Below are positions 13,576 through 24,949 of a stretch of 64,000 nucleotides of DNA, in pieces. The stretch is taken from the NCBI GenBank assembly GCA_964016885.1, contig OZ024742.1, positions 341,062,001 to 341,126,000 on the forward strand, in the 5' to 3' direction. How positions within the stretch are numbered: position 1 is the first letter of the stretch; each line of letters starts with the position of its first letter. The position numbers were made by a program, and so were the translations under genes. Source of the stretch: Eledone cirrhosa (taxonomy: Eukaryota). Below the pieces are notes generated by a model. It was given only the letters and a program-made list of their open reading frames with translations, ran no database searches and was not told where the DNA came from.

Positions 13576-14032
13576 AACAACCAACGACTTAATTTATAAA
13601 ATAATTTTTTTTAAGAAAAATTCTTTTTGGATTTGTGAAGAAAATAAATTTGTTGAAAGCACAAGTGAAGCCATTTTTTCTTCCCCCCTGTCTTAATATA
13701 TATATATATATATAAAATATTAAAAAAATAATGAATAAAACAATGAAACAGTTCCTTATATTAAACAAAAAAAGTTCATTATTTAACGATCGTTTCTAGG
13801 ATATATATGTGTTAGAATTGGCATGCATATTCAACAGATCTATGTACAAAATTATACAAACTATCAAAATTTATCTTTTATCTTTCACCGAAAGTGATTT
13901 TATCTTTCACCGAAAGTGATTTTTCATTGCATCTCTTCTTTCCATGATATCCGGATTACATTGAGTTCTTCATACGGATTGGACACTACCGTAAACTCTT
14001 GGTAGATTTATCTACATATATATATATATATA

Positions 14033-14235
14033 TAGTTATGTAAGAAACAACATAATATAAATATTTCATTTACCAGTGGTTTCTTGACTGGCACCTTCCA
14101 GCCCGATAAGTTGAGCACTCTACACTGGTAAATGAAATAATTATCTTATGTTGTTTATTAAATAACTAATAAGCTCTGTAATTCACATAGAGCACACTTT
14201 TTTCCTGGACCATTCCGACGGAATTACTTCATTCA
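14033..14235. mobile_element. Short fold-back terminus, family G
   Basis: tagttatgtaagaaacaacataa...taccagtg inverted against cactggtaaatgaaataattatcttatgttgtttatt; same family at 28545-28685 and 29460-29630; only the 3' half of the HHR is present. Confidence 0.7.
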
Positions 14236-14297
14236 TACATATAAATATACACCCATACATATATATGTATGTGGGTGAGTGTACGTGTGTTTTTATA

Positions 14298-14332
<35 letters not shown>

Positions 14333-14494
14333 ATTGCTATGAATTTGAAATATGATTTGAGGACACAGATGTTTAAATGTTATCAGTGAATAGAAACCGT
14401 TTTGAATGGAGAGCTGAAAGATGGAACTGAGAGTGAAAAAAACAATCGACAGTGTAGAACAAAAGAAGAGTTTAACGATCTGGTGTAACTATAG

Positions 14495-14982
14495 TGGGGG
14501 TATAGGAGGGGGAGATATGGTAGGCAGGGTGATGTGTGGGAGGGGGGGGGCAGAAAAGGGGAGTTGAGATAGATAGGTAGAGAGAGAAAGAGAGTGAGAT
14601 AGAGCGTGAAGGGTGTGTGGGAGAAGGAAGAGATGGTGAGAGAGGGAGAGAGAAGGAGACAGTGAAAAGGGAGATGAGAGTGAGCAAAGATGTGTGGGAG
14701 GGTGCACAGAGCGAGAGAGAAGGAGAGAGAGAGGGAGAGAGAGAGGAGGAGGGAGAGACAGTGAGAAGGGGGAGAAGGAGAGAGAGCGAGAGCGAGGAGG
14801 AGAGAAGGAGAGGGAGAAGAGAAGGGGGAGAGAGAGGTGTGTGTGCGAGACAGAATAATACACAGAGATGTGAAATTAGAATAAGGAAGAGGAAAAGAGA
14901 GGAGGGAGTTAGGGAGGGGTGTAGGGGGAGAGATATTATTAAAGAGTATGAGAGAGGTATGGGAGGAGAAGGGGAGAGAGTA
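14495..14982 (+). repeat. Purine-rich (G/A) low-complexity tract
   Basis: Almost entirely G and A on the plus strand. Confidence 0.85.
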
Positions 14983-15140
14983 AGTTACCTGAAACATTCA
15001 ACTTTTATATATGGTTGCGCAGATACCTTGGGGGAGGGAGGTGCCATTGTAAATAATCTTCATGTGAGTATCTGGTGCTGCATTCTATGTGTGTGTGTGT
15101 ATCTGTGTGTGTGTGTGTGTGTCTCTGCGTATGTGTGTGT

Positions 15141-15173
<33 letters not shown>

Positions 15174-15240
15174 ACTGTGTGTGTGGGTGTGTGTGTATGT
15201 ATGTCTGTGTGTGTATGTATGTATGTGTGTGTCTGTGTGT

Positions 15241-15286
<46 letters not shown>

Positions 15287-15393
15287 GTGTATCTGTGTGG
15301 GTGTGTTTGTGATTTTAGCAACTCTAAGCAATTTCACAATTTCGTTCTTGATAAGCAGATCATCGATAATGTAGGGATAAATATGTTTGTGTT

Positions 15394-15466
<73 letters not shown>

Positions 15467-15640
15467 GTATGTAAGTATGTATGTATGTGTATATATATAT
15501 ATAATATATAATGTAGGAGGTGAGTTTTATTGTAGCACAATAAAGCAATGCAGATATCGGATAAGTACCACTCTACAGTTTGAAGGACTGGAGTATACAT
15601 AATATATAAGATCAAAAGATGGTTAAAAGAGTTCCATCGG

Positions 15641-15707
15641 TTTTATTATGCGCATTTCAAAAACAAATATCATCATGCGATGACATTTGCGTTTTCGTCA
15701 GATAAAA
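15641..15707 (-). ncRNA. Type I hammerhead ribozyme, family B
   Basis: Minus strand: TTTTAT-CTGACGA-AAACGCAAATGTCATC..GATGATATTTGTTTTT-GAAA-TGCGCA-TA-ATAAAA. Confidence 0.85.
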
Positions 15708-15827
15708 TAGGGAGACATGATATGAAGGTTAAAAAACACTTGTGAATAGTGCAGTTTTAAATCAACACATATTGATTTAAAACTGCACTATTCACAAGTG
15801 TTGTTTAACCTTCATATCATGTCTCCC

Positions 15828-15898
15828 TATTTTATCTGACGAAAACGCAAATGTTATTGCATGATGATATTTGTTTTTGAAATGCGCATAATAAAATA
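15828..15898 (+). ncRNA. Type I hammerhead ribozyme, family B
   Basis: TATTTTAT-CTGACGA-AAACGCAAATGTTATT..GATGATATTTGTTTTT-GAAA-TGCGCA-TA-ATAAAATA. Confidence 0.85.
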
Positions 15899-16029
15899 CA
15901 TGGAACTCTTTTAACCATCTTTTGATCTTATATATATATAATATATATGTATGTGTATATGTATATATATATATAATATATAATAAAGTTAAATAAAAGT
16001 CAAATGATTAAAATTTAGCTTCGTTTATT

Positions 16030-16084
16030 ACTGCTATATACATTTCAGTGACAGCCATCTTTGGCTGTGACCTCTTCAGGCAGT
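16030..16084 (-). ncRNA. Type I hammerhead ribozyme, family H
   Basis: Exact reverse complement of 16250-16304. Confidence 0.85.
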
Positions 16085-16249
16085 TTGAATTAGTATGGTA
16101 TAGACAAGTACATATGTTGTTTAGCTGTCATGATATGACTCCAGTTCCTCATTGAAATAACAACCCAACCAGGAACTGGGCATATCAGAGTATTGACAAT
16201 ATTATACAGCTAAACAACATATGTACTTGTCTATACCATACTAATTCAA

Positions 16250-16304
16250 ACTGCCTGAAGAGGTCACAGCCAAAGATGGCTGTCACTGAAATGTATATAG
16301 CAGT
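16250..16304 (+). ncRNA. Type I hammerhead ribozyme, family H
   Basis: ACTGC-CTGAAGA-GGTCACAGCCA aaga TGGCTGTCACT-GAAA-TGTATA-TA-GCAGT. Confidence 0.88.
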
Positions 16305-16452
16305 AATAAACGAAGCTAAATTTTAATCATTTGACTTTTATTTAACTTTATTTTACACTACTCCGGAGTAACCAAACCAACCTGCGCACTTCGTCGAGTG
16401 CTCCAGCCTGCATACTGAGGTATTGGTATACAACCAACATAAACTCAAAATC

Positions 16453-16495
<43 letters not shown>

Positions 16496-16569
16496 AATAT
16501 ATATAATATATATGTATGTATGTATGTATATATATATATGTATGTATGCGTATATATATATATGTATAT

Positions 16570-17069
16570 ATAAAAATTAGAATTGGAGCTCTGAAATAGC
16601 AATATATATATATGAATGTATATATAATGTATTTTGCAATACACTTTATGCTTAATGCTCTAAAACTTTATGCTCTAAAACAATAGCATACGGTCTTCAA
16701 AATGCTTTTAATTAAGCATAAAGTGTATTGCAAAATACATTAAATATACATTCATATATATATTGCTATTTCAGAGCTCCAATTCTAATTTTTAATTTCT
16801 GCCTGACCGGCAACCGCTCTGTATAATCAGTTCCTGATTATTTACTAGAATTCTATAAGAATATAACATCAGTGATCTCAGTAGACAGGAGGGAGTAGTT
16901 AGCCTTGATAAGCATCAATAAATGCGAAACAAGGCCTTGTCGGCTTATCTCCCCTTGTTTGCTGAGATTAAAGTAAGTGAGTTTGTCACTACTCTAAAAC
17001 AATAGCATACGGTCTTCAAAATGCTTTAAATTAAGCATCAAGTGTATTGCAAAATACATTATATATACA

Positions 17070-17075
<6 letters not shown>
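16570..17075. mobile_element. Rearranged fold-back / partially tandem PLE-type terminus, family I
   Basis: 16570-16655 inverted against 16710-16795; ctctaaaacaatagcatacggtcttcaaaatgc repeated directly at ~16673 and ~16992; HHR at 16901. Confidence 0.65.
16901..16945 (+). ncRNA. Minimal hammerhead with U3-A8 core (TTGATAA), family I
   Basis: AGCC-TTGATAA-GCAT caataa ATGC-GAA-ACAAGGCCTTGT-C-GGCT; all three stems pair perfectly, GUC site, 12-nt palindromic stem III. Confidence 0.8.
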
Positions 17076-17114
<39 letters not shown>

Positions 17115-18677
17115 GGAGAAAGAGTGGGAGACAGATATACATATATGTATGTATGAATGTCTATATGTGTATGTATGTATTTATATATGTGTGTATGTAT
17201 GCCTATATGTATGTATATTATGTATGTATGTATGCATATATGTATATGCATGTGTATGTATGTATATATGTGTGTGTGGGTGTATGTATGTATGTGTGGG
17301 TGTGTGTATGTATGTATGTGTGGGTGTGTGTATGTATGTTTGTGTGGGTGTATGTATGTATGTGTGGGTGTATATATGTATGTATGTGTGGGTGTATGTA
17401 TGTGTATATATATGTATGAATATATATGTATGAGTATATATGTATGAATGTTTTTATGTATGTATGTATGTGTTGGTGTATGTATGTATGTATGTGTGGG
17501 TGTATGTATATATGTGTGTGTGTGTATATATTTATGTATGTGTGGGTGTATGTATGTATGTGTGTGGGTGTATATATATGTATATATGTATGTATGTATG
17601 TACCTATGTAGGTGAATGTTTCAGTTGTTTCATCTTGCGTTAATGAAGTCCTGCGTTCGACCCTACGGCATCTCGACTAAGTCTAATGCCCTAACAATTC
17701 TGTCATAGTCTATAAAAGAAATGAAAGCAAAATTAATGTAAACCTGTAATGTGGTCCCATATACCTTATGTTTATGTATAACGGCTTCTAATTTAGGCAC
17801 ATGGCCAACACTATTAACGAGAATGGGAAAATCAATTACACCGACCCTATTGCTTAACTGGTACTTTATATTATATGTACTGTCCGTCTAACAGGTTTCT
17901 AAATAGTTTCCATCTACGCAATTGGGCCCACCAAGCTAGAGTTGACCAGTCTTTGGTAAATTGTACTCGCTTTAAACACTACGTATTGAGATCGAACCCG
18001 AATCTCTGTGCTTGCGAAGGAAAGTTCCTTAATCATTCGTTTATGCTCGCCCACCACGCTATACGTATTTCATATTTGACCATGTCGCAGCTATTTTAGT
18101 AACTTGTGCAAGCGTGGTGGATATATTTCAATGTTTTTACATATCGTCAGTGCACGCTTATCTACGCCTGAACCTGTAACGGTATAGCTTTTATCAACAG
18201 TTAGCCGCCCATAGGTGAGAGCCTTGTGTGGTGGAGTGGCTGTTCCCTCGCCGTCCTCCAGAGCAATGTATTCTCCATCTTGTCGGCCAGGACCCAGAGG
18301 CAGAGGGTAAGTTAGTTCGAAGTGGTCGATACTCATTTAGACCTCACTTTTTCTTTATTTAAAAAAAATCTATATCTTTCCATTCATCACTATTTTGTTT
18401 GCCTATTATTTTTTTATTTTATCAAACTAAATACGCGTATGTTAGTATTTAAGACGTGAATTAGTACAAAATATATGGGAATGATTATTTTCATACCGTT
18501 TTTAATTTTGGTAAATTCCCTTTTTAATCCGTTTCCATTTTTCATGAACTATTATTGATGAAGGATTATTTACATAACAGACAAGTTTGACTGGATAATT
18601 TTAATTAGCGAAAGCATTAACACACGGTGATTCGAATATAGGCGTGTACAATATATTTAGTTGTAATGATTTCTATT

Positions 18678-18865
18678 TTAGGCCTAAGGCCAGTAATTTT
18701 CGAGGAATGAAAAGTCAATAAAATCGACTCCAGTATTGGCGTGGTACCATATTTTTTATCGACCCAGGAAGGATGAATGGCAAAGTAGATCTCAGAAAGA
18801 TTCCATCACAGAACGTAAAAAGCCGAAATAAATGTCGCAAACCATTTTGTGTATGCTCTATTGAT
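18678..18865 (-). mobile_element. Diverged tRNA-derived SINE
   Basis: Reverse complement resembles ...tttgccattcatccttcctgggtcgataaaaaatatggtacc..., the core of the SINE at 26021. Confidence 0.65.
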
Positions 18866-19477
18866 TCATGTCAATCAAGTTCGTCTCATTGTGAGTAGTT
18901 AAGGGGATGATTGTTGCTACTCAAATGTACACTTTAATATTTACTTCTTACAAAGATTTCGGGTGATTCGAGTGAAGGCATTCTTGTTGAATGTGAATTG
19001 ACATTGCTCCAATTCAGAGACCGAAACTGAGTGCTAGTTTCCACTGATCATGAATTAAACTATTTTTAAACTCAACCACGATCACTGCTTTTTATGAGGA
19101 ATAAGGCCGAGGTTAAATGGCAACTATGAATGTTTGTAGAAAACGCTTCCCCTCTTCGATCATCTATCCGAACTATTGATAGAGTTGCTTGTTGTTTATT
19201 AAGCACAGACAGTTGAAGTTGTGTTGGATAGGCCAATGAACAATAGTTCAAATGTGAAATCCAGAACAAACATTTGTTCAAAGTGGATTAAACAAAGAAA
19301 AACAGCAATTCTTGTTAAATTAACGACTGATGAGTGATTTTTAAACCTTGCTCTTTGGATATCAAGTAGGAATTGATGTTAGATACATTTACTTGAAGCA
19401 TCGATTTCTCAGTTATTCTAACAAGTTCTATTCAGGGAAGCCCATCTCGATTTTTCCTGGCTGTCGAGTTATATATC

Positions 19478-19574
<97 letters not shown>

Positions 19575-19576
<2 letters not shown>

Positions 19577-19985
19577 AAAGAATTGAGGTGTAACACACGA
19601 GTTATGATATATTGGTAAAAGGAAAAGAAAATGCTGACAAATTGTTCCCAGTGAAAAATAGTTTAATTAGGAATAAGTGAGAATTAGTAATAGTATTGTT
19701 TAGTATTCAGTTTTGGTTTTAAGTTTTTACCGGTTGCGCATTTCTAATGCTTTTCAAAAATAATTTTGAGATAGAGCGTCCGTGATGTTTGCTCTAATTA
19801 GAGCAGACATCACGGACGCTCTATCTCAAAATTATTTTTGAAAAGCATTAGAAATGCGCAACCGGTAAAAACTTAAAACCAAAACTGAATACTAAACAAT
19901 ACTATTACTAATTCTCACTTATTCCTAATTAAACTATTTTTCACTGGGAACAATTTGTCAGCATTTTCTTTTTCTTTTACCAATA
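19575..19985. mobile_element. Near-perfect ~375 bp palindrome (fold-back terminus) with a ~35 nt left tail
   Basis: 19611-19797 mirrored by 19798-19985 about ctctaattagag; each arm has TTT-TTGAAAA-GCAT tagaa ATGC-GCAA-CCGG-TA-AAA (19835-19870 plus, 19725-19760 minus), a U3-A8 HHR with GAAA changed to GCAA. Confidence 0.8.
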
Positions 19986-20000
19986 TATATATATATATAT

Positions 20001-20196
20001 ATAGGAACGAGTAGGAACCCGATGGCTGAGCTCAAGCCGTTTCGACGGCTAATTCTGGACTAAAATAGCCGTCGAAACGGCTTGAGCTCAGCCGTCGGGG
20101 TCCTACTCGTTCCTATTACCCACTCTACTACCCTAAGTATTGAGTACTTTGGTGCGTTATGGTCCACCTGGTTCCTTACCACATTTCCTTCGTTAT
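20001..20196. mobile_element. Short fold-back terminus, family J
   Basis: 20001-20052 inverted against 20066-20116, plus tail; other copies at 20740-20880 (minus) and 28750-28950; keeps only the HHR 3' half GAAACGGCT tgagctc AGCCGTC-GGGG. Confidence 0.75.
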
Positions 20197-20219
20197 ATAT
20201 ATATATGTGTGTGTGTGTA

Positions 20220-20250
<31 letters not shown>

Positions 20251-20446
20251 GTGTGTATGTATGTATATATATATACATATATATATATACATATATATAT
20301 ATAATAGAATGTTGTAGTTTATTAGAGCATTGTGTATAATATATAATGTAGAGTATGATATGTTCAAGAAGGCTAAGACAGTGTGAAATGGACGGTAAAA
20401 TGAAGGCAATGACAAAGTCTGCTATCCGATATTTATTACTAGGGAC

Positions 20447-20636
20447 GGTGGATTGGCAGTATCAGTAGAGAGTCGGACACCATGCTTTCCAGCATAGTTA
20501 CGTCCCTTTAAGGTCTGAGTTCAAATCCCGCCGAGGTTAAATATTTGCCTTTCATCCTTACGGGGTCGATAAAATAAAGTCCCAGTAATGTACTGGATAA
20601 TTGATGGCCTTGTGCCAAAAGTAGAAACAACTATTT
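20447..20636 (+). mobile_element. tRNA-derived SINE with a Deu/Nin-like core
   Basis: A-box-like tggcagtatcagtag, B-box gagttcaaatccc, then gcctttcatccttacggggtcgataaaataaagt; several copies in the window. Confidence 0.8.
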
Positions 20637-20703
20637 TTTTTCCCGTCCTAATATTTCGTTCGTGAGTGTACATACATTCACACACACACACACATATATA
20701 TAT

Positions 20704-20740
<37 letters not shown>

Positions 20741-20887
20741 ACGAAGGAAATGTGGTAAGGAACCAGATGGACCATAACGTACCAGAGTACTCAATACTTA
20801 GGGTGGTAGAGTGGGTAATAGGAAAAAGTAAGACCCCGACGGCAGAGCTCAAGCCGTTTCGACGGCTATTTCTGGACCAGAAATATA

Positions 20888-20963
<76 letters not shown>

Positions 20964-21713
20964 AAAAGATGAAATCGAAAATGCAACTGGAGTCTTATTT
21001 TAAAAAAAATATATATATTTATTTGGTTCCTTTACCGGTTTCGCAGTTCTTCTGCTTTTTAAAAGTAGAGTTGCGATGGAGGGTCTGAATTCCATACCTA
21101 CTTCCGGATATTAAACCGTTGAAAATTCTCGCAGCTGAACAACTCTAATCTATAAATATGGATTAAATAACGTTAAGTTACAATACATTACAATCCATTA
21201 TTATAACAAACATTCAATACGAATATATCGTAACTTATGTAATGGATGTGAAATCTGTAACTTTCTTTTTCTACACACATACAAATTTGAATTATACATA
21301 AAATATCCCCCCATTGCAACCACCATACTACACTAATATATTCGCTTGAAGTGCTTGTATTACTTGTATTTCATGTAATACCTTGCCATACAGTACTCAT
21401 ATATGCATGATACATTTACCTGTTCCATTCCTTTATATATGACTAACGCATGTACTATCTCTTTAATTTAATTATTAGACTATTCTCTTGTATTATCTGT
21501 CGCATGTATTCCACCCTATGCTTTTAATTTTAATTTTAATTTTAAATTTAATTTTGATTTTAATCTTAATTTGAATTATTATACAATTATAGTATAATAT
21601 AATATATGTCGCATCCATTCCACACTGTAAACATGAAACTGTTGTCAATATATATGTATCTGTATGATTCTTCAGTTGAATAGGAGGTTAATTGTGTGTA
21701 CAAACATTAATAA

Positions 21714-21760
21714 TGCTCCGAAGACTCCAAGCCTAGGTTTGGAAGAAACAATTGTCAGCG
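21714..21760 (+). ncRNA. Hammerhead with U4C core (CCGAAGA), family K
   Basis: TGCT-CCGAAGA-CTCCAAGC ctag GTTTGGAA-GAAA-CAATTG-TC-AGCG; palindromic stem III ACAATTGT; ~45 nt upstream of (TA)n. Confidence 0.65.
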
Positions 21761-21800
21761 ATTAAATGTTTTAAACATAACTTTGATTCTTGTGTATTCA

Positions 21801-21853
<53 letters not shown>

Positions 21854-22547
21854 ATTATCAGAGTCCATTTTCACATATCCGCCTAATGTCAATTTGTCGC
21901 TATGGTAGGCTTTATGATAATAATACATGCGTCAATTATTAACAGTGCGTGCGTGGGGGGTTTAAAGAGACAAACAGCATGAAAGACAGTAGTGTTAAAC
22001 CACCGGAAAACCTATTTCTAGATTAAGACTTATTGTCACCCGGCAGCAGCAGATATGTAGTCTAAATTAATACACTTGATTTATCATGGATTTTTATAAT
22101 TATTTCTTTCTCTATGTTCATATGTTCACTGTATTAAGATAATTTCATCAGGATACTTACGAAAGTAGTTGCAAATTTACTATAGTGTTGCTTCATTTAG
22201 AAACGAATTGTAATTAATAAAATTAAACGCATGTATCAATCTTATCTGTCTCTGTATCTACTTGAAGAATAAGGAATCATTTCATCTATATTTTCTCGAA
22301 CAGGAAGGAAATAAAAACAAACTTTAGATAATAATTATAATGGCGATTGTAATAGATTTCTTGCAATGTCTGTCAATATAGATAAGATATGCTCACGAAG
22401 TTTACTTTTTATAATGTTTGATTTATACAACAGGATTTATTCTAATCTCTTTTGTAATATCAAAAGCCAAAATAACAACAATTAATAAATCAAGCCTACG
22501 AGAGGGCCTCTGCAGGTTTTTTAGGCCTTTTATAATAGTTTCTTATT

Positions 22548-22742
22548 CAGGCACAAGGCCAACAAATTTGGAGGAGGGGAAAGTCGATTAAATCAACTCC
22601 AGTGTCTCATTGGTGCTTTATTTTATCGACCCCGTAAAAATGAACGGCAAGCTAACCTGCGGGATTTGAACTCAGAAGTAAAGAGCCATAACTACATCCC
22701 GCAAAGCATTTTGTCTGACGTTCTACCGATTCTGCCAAGCCA
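22548..22742 (-). mobile_element. tRNA-derived SINE
   Basis: ctttattttatcgaccccgtaaaaatgaacggcaag...gggatttgaactcagaa is the reverse complement of the SINE core and B-box. Confidence 0.75.
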
Positions 22743-23291
22743 CGGCTCTTTAGGCGATTATAATGGCAGCTAAAACTCACGAAACCTAAATTAAACTGCG
22801 GTCATTACTTTCAATCCAAGATGACTTGGTAACGTGTAATGGCGCACATAGAAATCCACTCTGCCATTCCTTTACTTGATGCAACATAACATCCAAGATT
22901 TCATAGAAGCTGGCATCAAGGCTGAGCTAGTGTTTCCTTCGTCAAACCTGAAAGGATAAATAGCAAAGATGCTCTGAGAGAGATTTGAACTTAGAACAGA
23001 GAAAGGGGGAACTAAACACATTATATCGGAAGCTCTAACGACTCGGTAAATCGACCACTTTATATTAAAGGACAAACACATTAGATAATGTAGTCATAGG
23101 TATTTCTAAAAAGACAGGTTGGTCACGGCTGGAACGTCATTGATCATAGATCACTGATCTACATGGTCATAGTTGACCTGTGGGTAAAAAAAAAAAAGGA
23201 TCGATCGACTTTCGTCAAATCGGACCGAGGAAACAATGTTTCCGTTGGTCTTTCCAGTTGCTAGTACTATCTATCGGTCGCAATAACAATA

Positions 23292-23592
23292 ACAAAATAT
23301 AAACAAACGTATTTATTTCACGAGGTTCGATAAGGATAAATATATATAAAAATAACATATTAAAGTTTAAGCAAAGAATCGCTGCTTTCACCCTTAACAG
23401 AATCTTTCAGAAGATTACGTTAAGGGTGAAAGCAGCGATTCTTTGCTTAAACTTTAATCTGTTATTTTAATAAATACTAGCAGATGACCCGGCGTTGCTC
23501 GGGATTTGCTCTAGGGTTCTTATATATTTGATATTTATTTATCCTTATCAAACCTCGTGAAATAAATACGTTTGTTTATATTTTGTTATTGT
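23292..23592. mobile_element. Fold-back of the family D PLE 3' end with a ~29 bp insert
   Basis: 23292-23400 inverted against 23418-23592; ctagcagatgacccggcgttgctcgggat is inserted relative to the 5905 copy. Confidence 0.7.
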
Positions 23593-23621
23593 GTATGCAC
23601 AAATATCTGTACACGAATATT

Positions 23622-23663
<42 letters not shown>

Positions 23664-23856
23664 ATTTATATATATAACAGTACAGAGAAGTACGGAATAC
23701 CTGGGCCTCGGGATAGTGTCTACATTTTGTGCTTATAAAAAAAATATCGTTGTACATTACCAGGGTTTTTTCCGTGCGAAGAAAATCAATACTTTATCGC
23801 GAAATAAATACTTTTGTTTATATGTTGATATTTTGTATGCAAAAATATCTGTATAC

Positions 23857-23952
<96 letters not shown>

Positions 23953-24078
23953 AGGAGGTGAGTTTTATTGTAGTACAATAAAGCAATGCAGATATCGGAT
24001 AAGAAGCACTCTACAGTTTGTAGGACTGGAGTATACATAATATATAAGAACAAAAGATGGTTAAAGGAGTTCCATGTA

Positions 24079-24145
24079 TTTTATTATGCGGATTTCAAAA
24101 ACAAACATCATCATGCAATAATATTTGTGTTTTCATCAGATAAAA
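24079..24145 (-). ncRNA. Type I hammerhead ribozyme, family B (one substitution in stem III)
   Basis: Minus strand: TTTTAT-CTGATGA-AAACACAAAT...TTTGTTTTT-GAAA-TCCGCA-TA-ATAAAA. Confidence 0.75.
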
Positions 24146-24258
24146 CAGGAGGACATGATATGAAGGCTAAAAAACACTTGTGGATAGTGCAGATATGTTG
24201 ATTTAAAACTGCACTATCCACAAGTGTTTTTTAGCCTTCATATCATGTCCTCCTGTTT

Positions 24259-24320
<62 letters not shown>

Positions 24321-24334
24321 AAATAACAGATTAA

Positions 24335-24385
24335 AGTTTAAGCAAAGAATCGCTGCTTTCACCCTTAACGGGATCTTCTGAAACT
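24335..24385 (-). ncRNA. Hammerhead-like motif with U4A core, family D
   Basis: Same 51 nt as 4533-4583, although the adjacent flank has diverged. Confidence 0.55.
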
Positions 24386-24689
24386 AAAATAAAAAATCAA
24401 TCTATGAACGCAGATGTAAATATTTCGAAAAACGTTGCAACCGAAGGAAAACAGGAAGACGATACTTTGCTTTGTGAAGATGTTCCCTGGCATAAGAATA
24501 TATATATATATATATATATATACATACACTATATATACATATATACGCACACACACTGATCGCGTCATAATAACGTAATGCATACATCAGGCATACAGAC
24601 AGATATTATAAGGGTGCGATGTAATATCTATGTATCTATCTAAAAAGAGAAAGACTAAGAGAAAGAGAAAGAGGTCGCTAAATCACCTA

Positions 24690-24835
24690 ATGCGGTCTCT
24701 AGGGCATTGAAAATTTGAATTTTTATTTTCTCAAAACATCCACAGGACCATGTGTAAAGTTTGAAAACAATCGGTTGGGTGGTTCTCGAGTCTTAGTGAT
24801 CGGACAGACAGAGAGAGACAGACAGACATTCTCTG

Positions 24836-24845
<10 letters not shown>
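24690..24845 (+). mobile_element. Probable non-autonomous Helitron/Helentron (HINE/DINE-like) end
   Basis: tgtgtaaagtttgaaaacaatcggttgggtggttctcgag...cggacagacaga...ctctgtttcatatata, a pattern typical of these elements; recognised from memory only. Confidence 0.45.
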
Positions 24846-24900
<55 letters not shown>

Positions 24901-24949
24901 TCACATAAGAAACGGAGAATCAGTGGAGCGACGAAATAAGATTTATTAA

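Larger units (their letters stand above)
6427..13699. mobile_element. Penelope-like retroelement with a long inverted (tail-to-tail) pseudo-LTR, inserted in (TA)n
   Basis: 6461-8270 plus 9664-10097 is the reverse complement of 11512-13699, including the microsatellite-rich 3' UTR; RT-GIY-YIG ORF between the arms; ~35 nt tail only on the left arm (6427-6460). Confidence 0.9.
15513..15932. mobile_element. Fold-back terminus, family B, with a mirror pair of HHRs
   Basis: ~15602-15765 inverted against ~15772-15935; ~90 nt tail on the left; related copies at ~2995-3165 and 23950-24260. Confidence 0.8.
15982..16452. mobile_element. Fold-back terminus, family H, with a mirror pair of HHRs
   Basis: ~15982-16127 inverted against ~16206-16352; ~100 nt tail on the right; (TA)n flanks. 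Confidence 0.8.

Noticed and set aside
19321-19415. CTGATGA with a distant GAAGCATCGATTTC
   Set aside because: GAAA box and stem III are broken; possibly an old ribozyme but not supportable.
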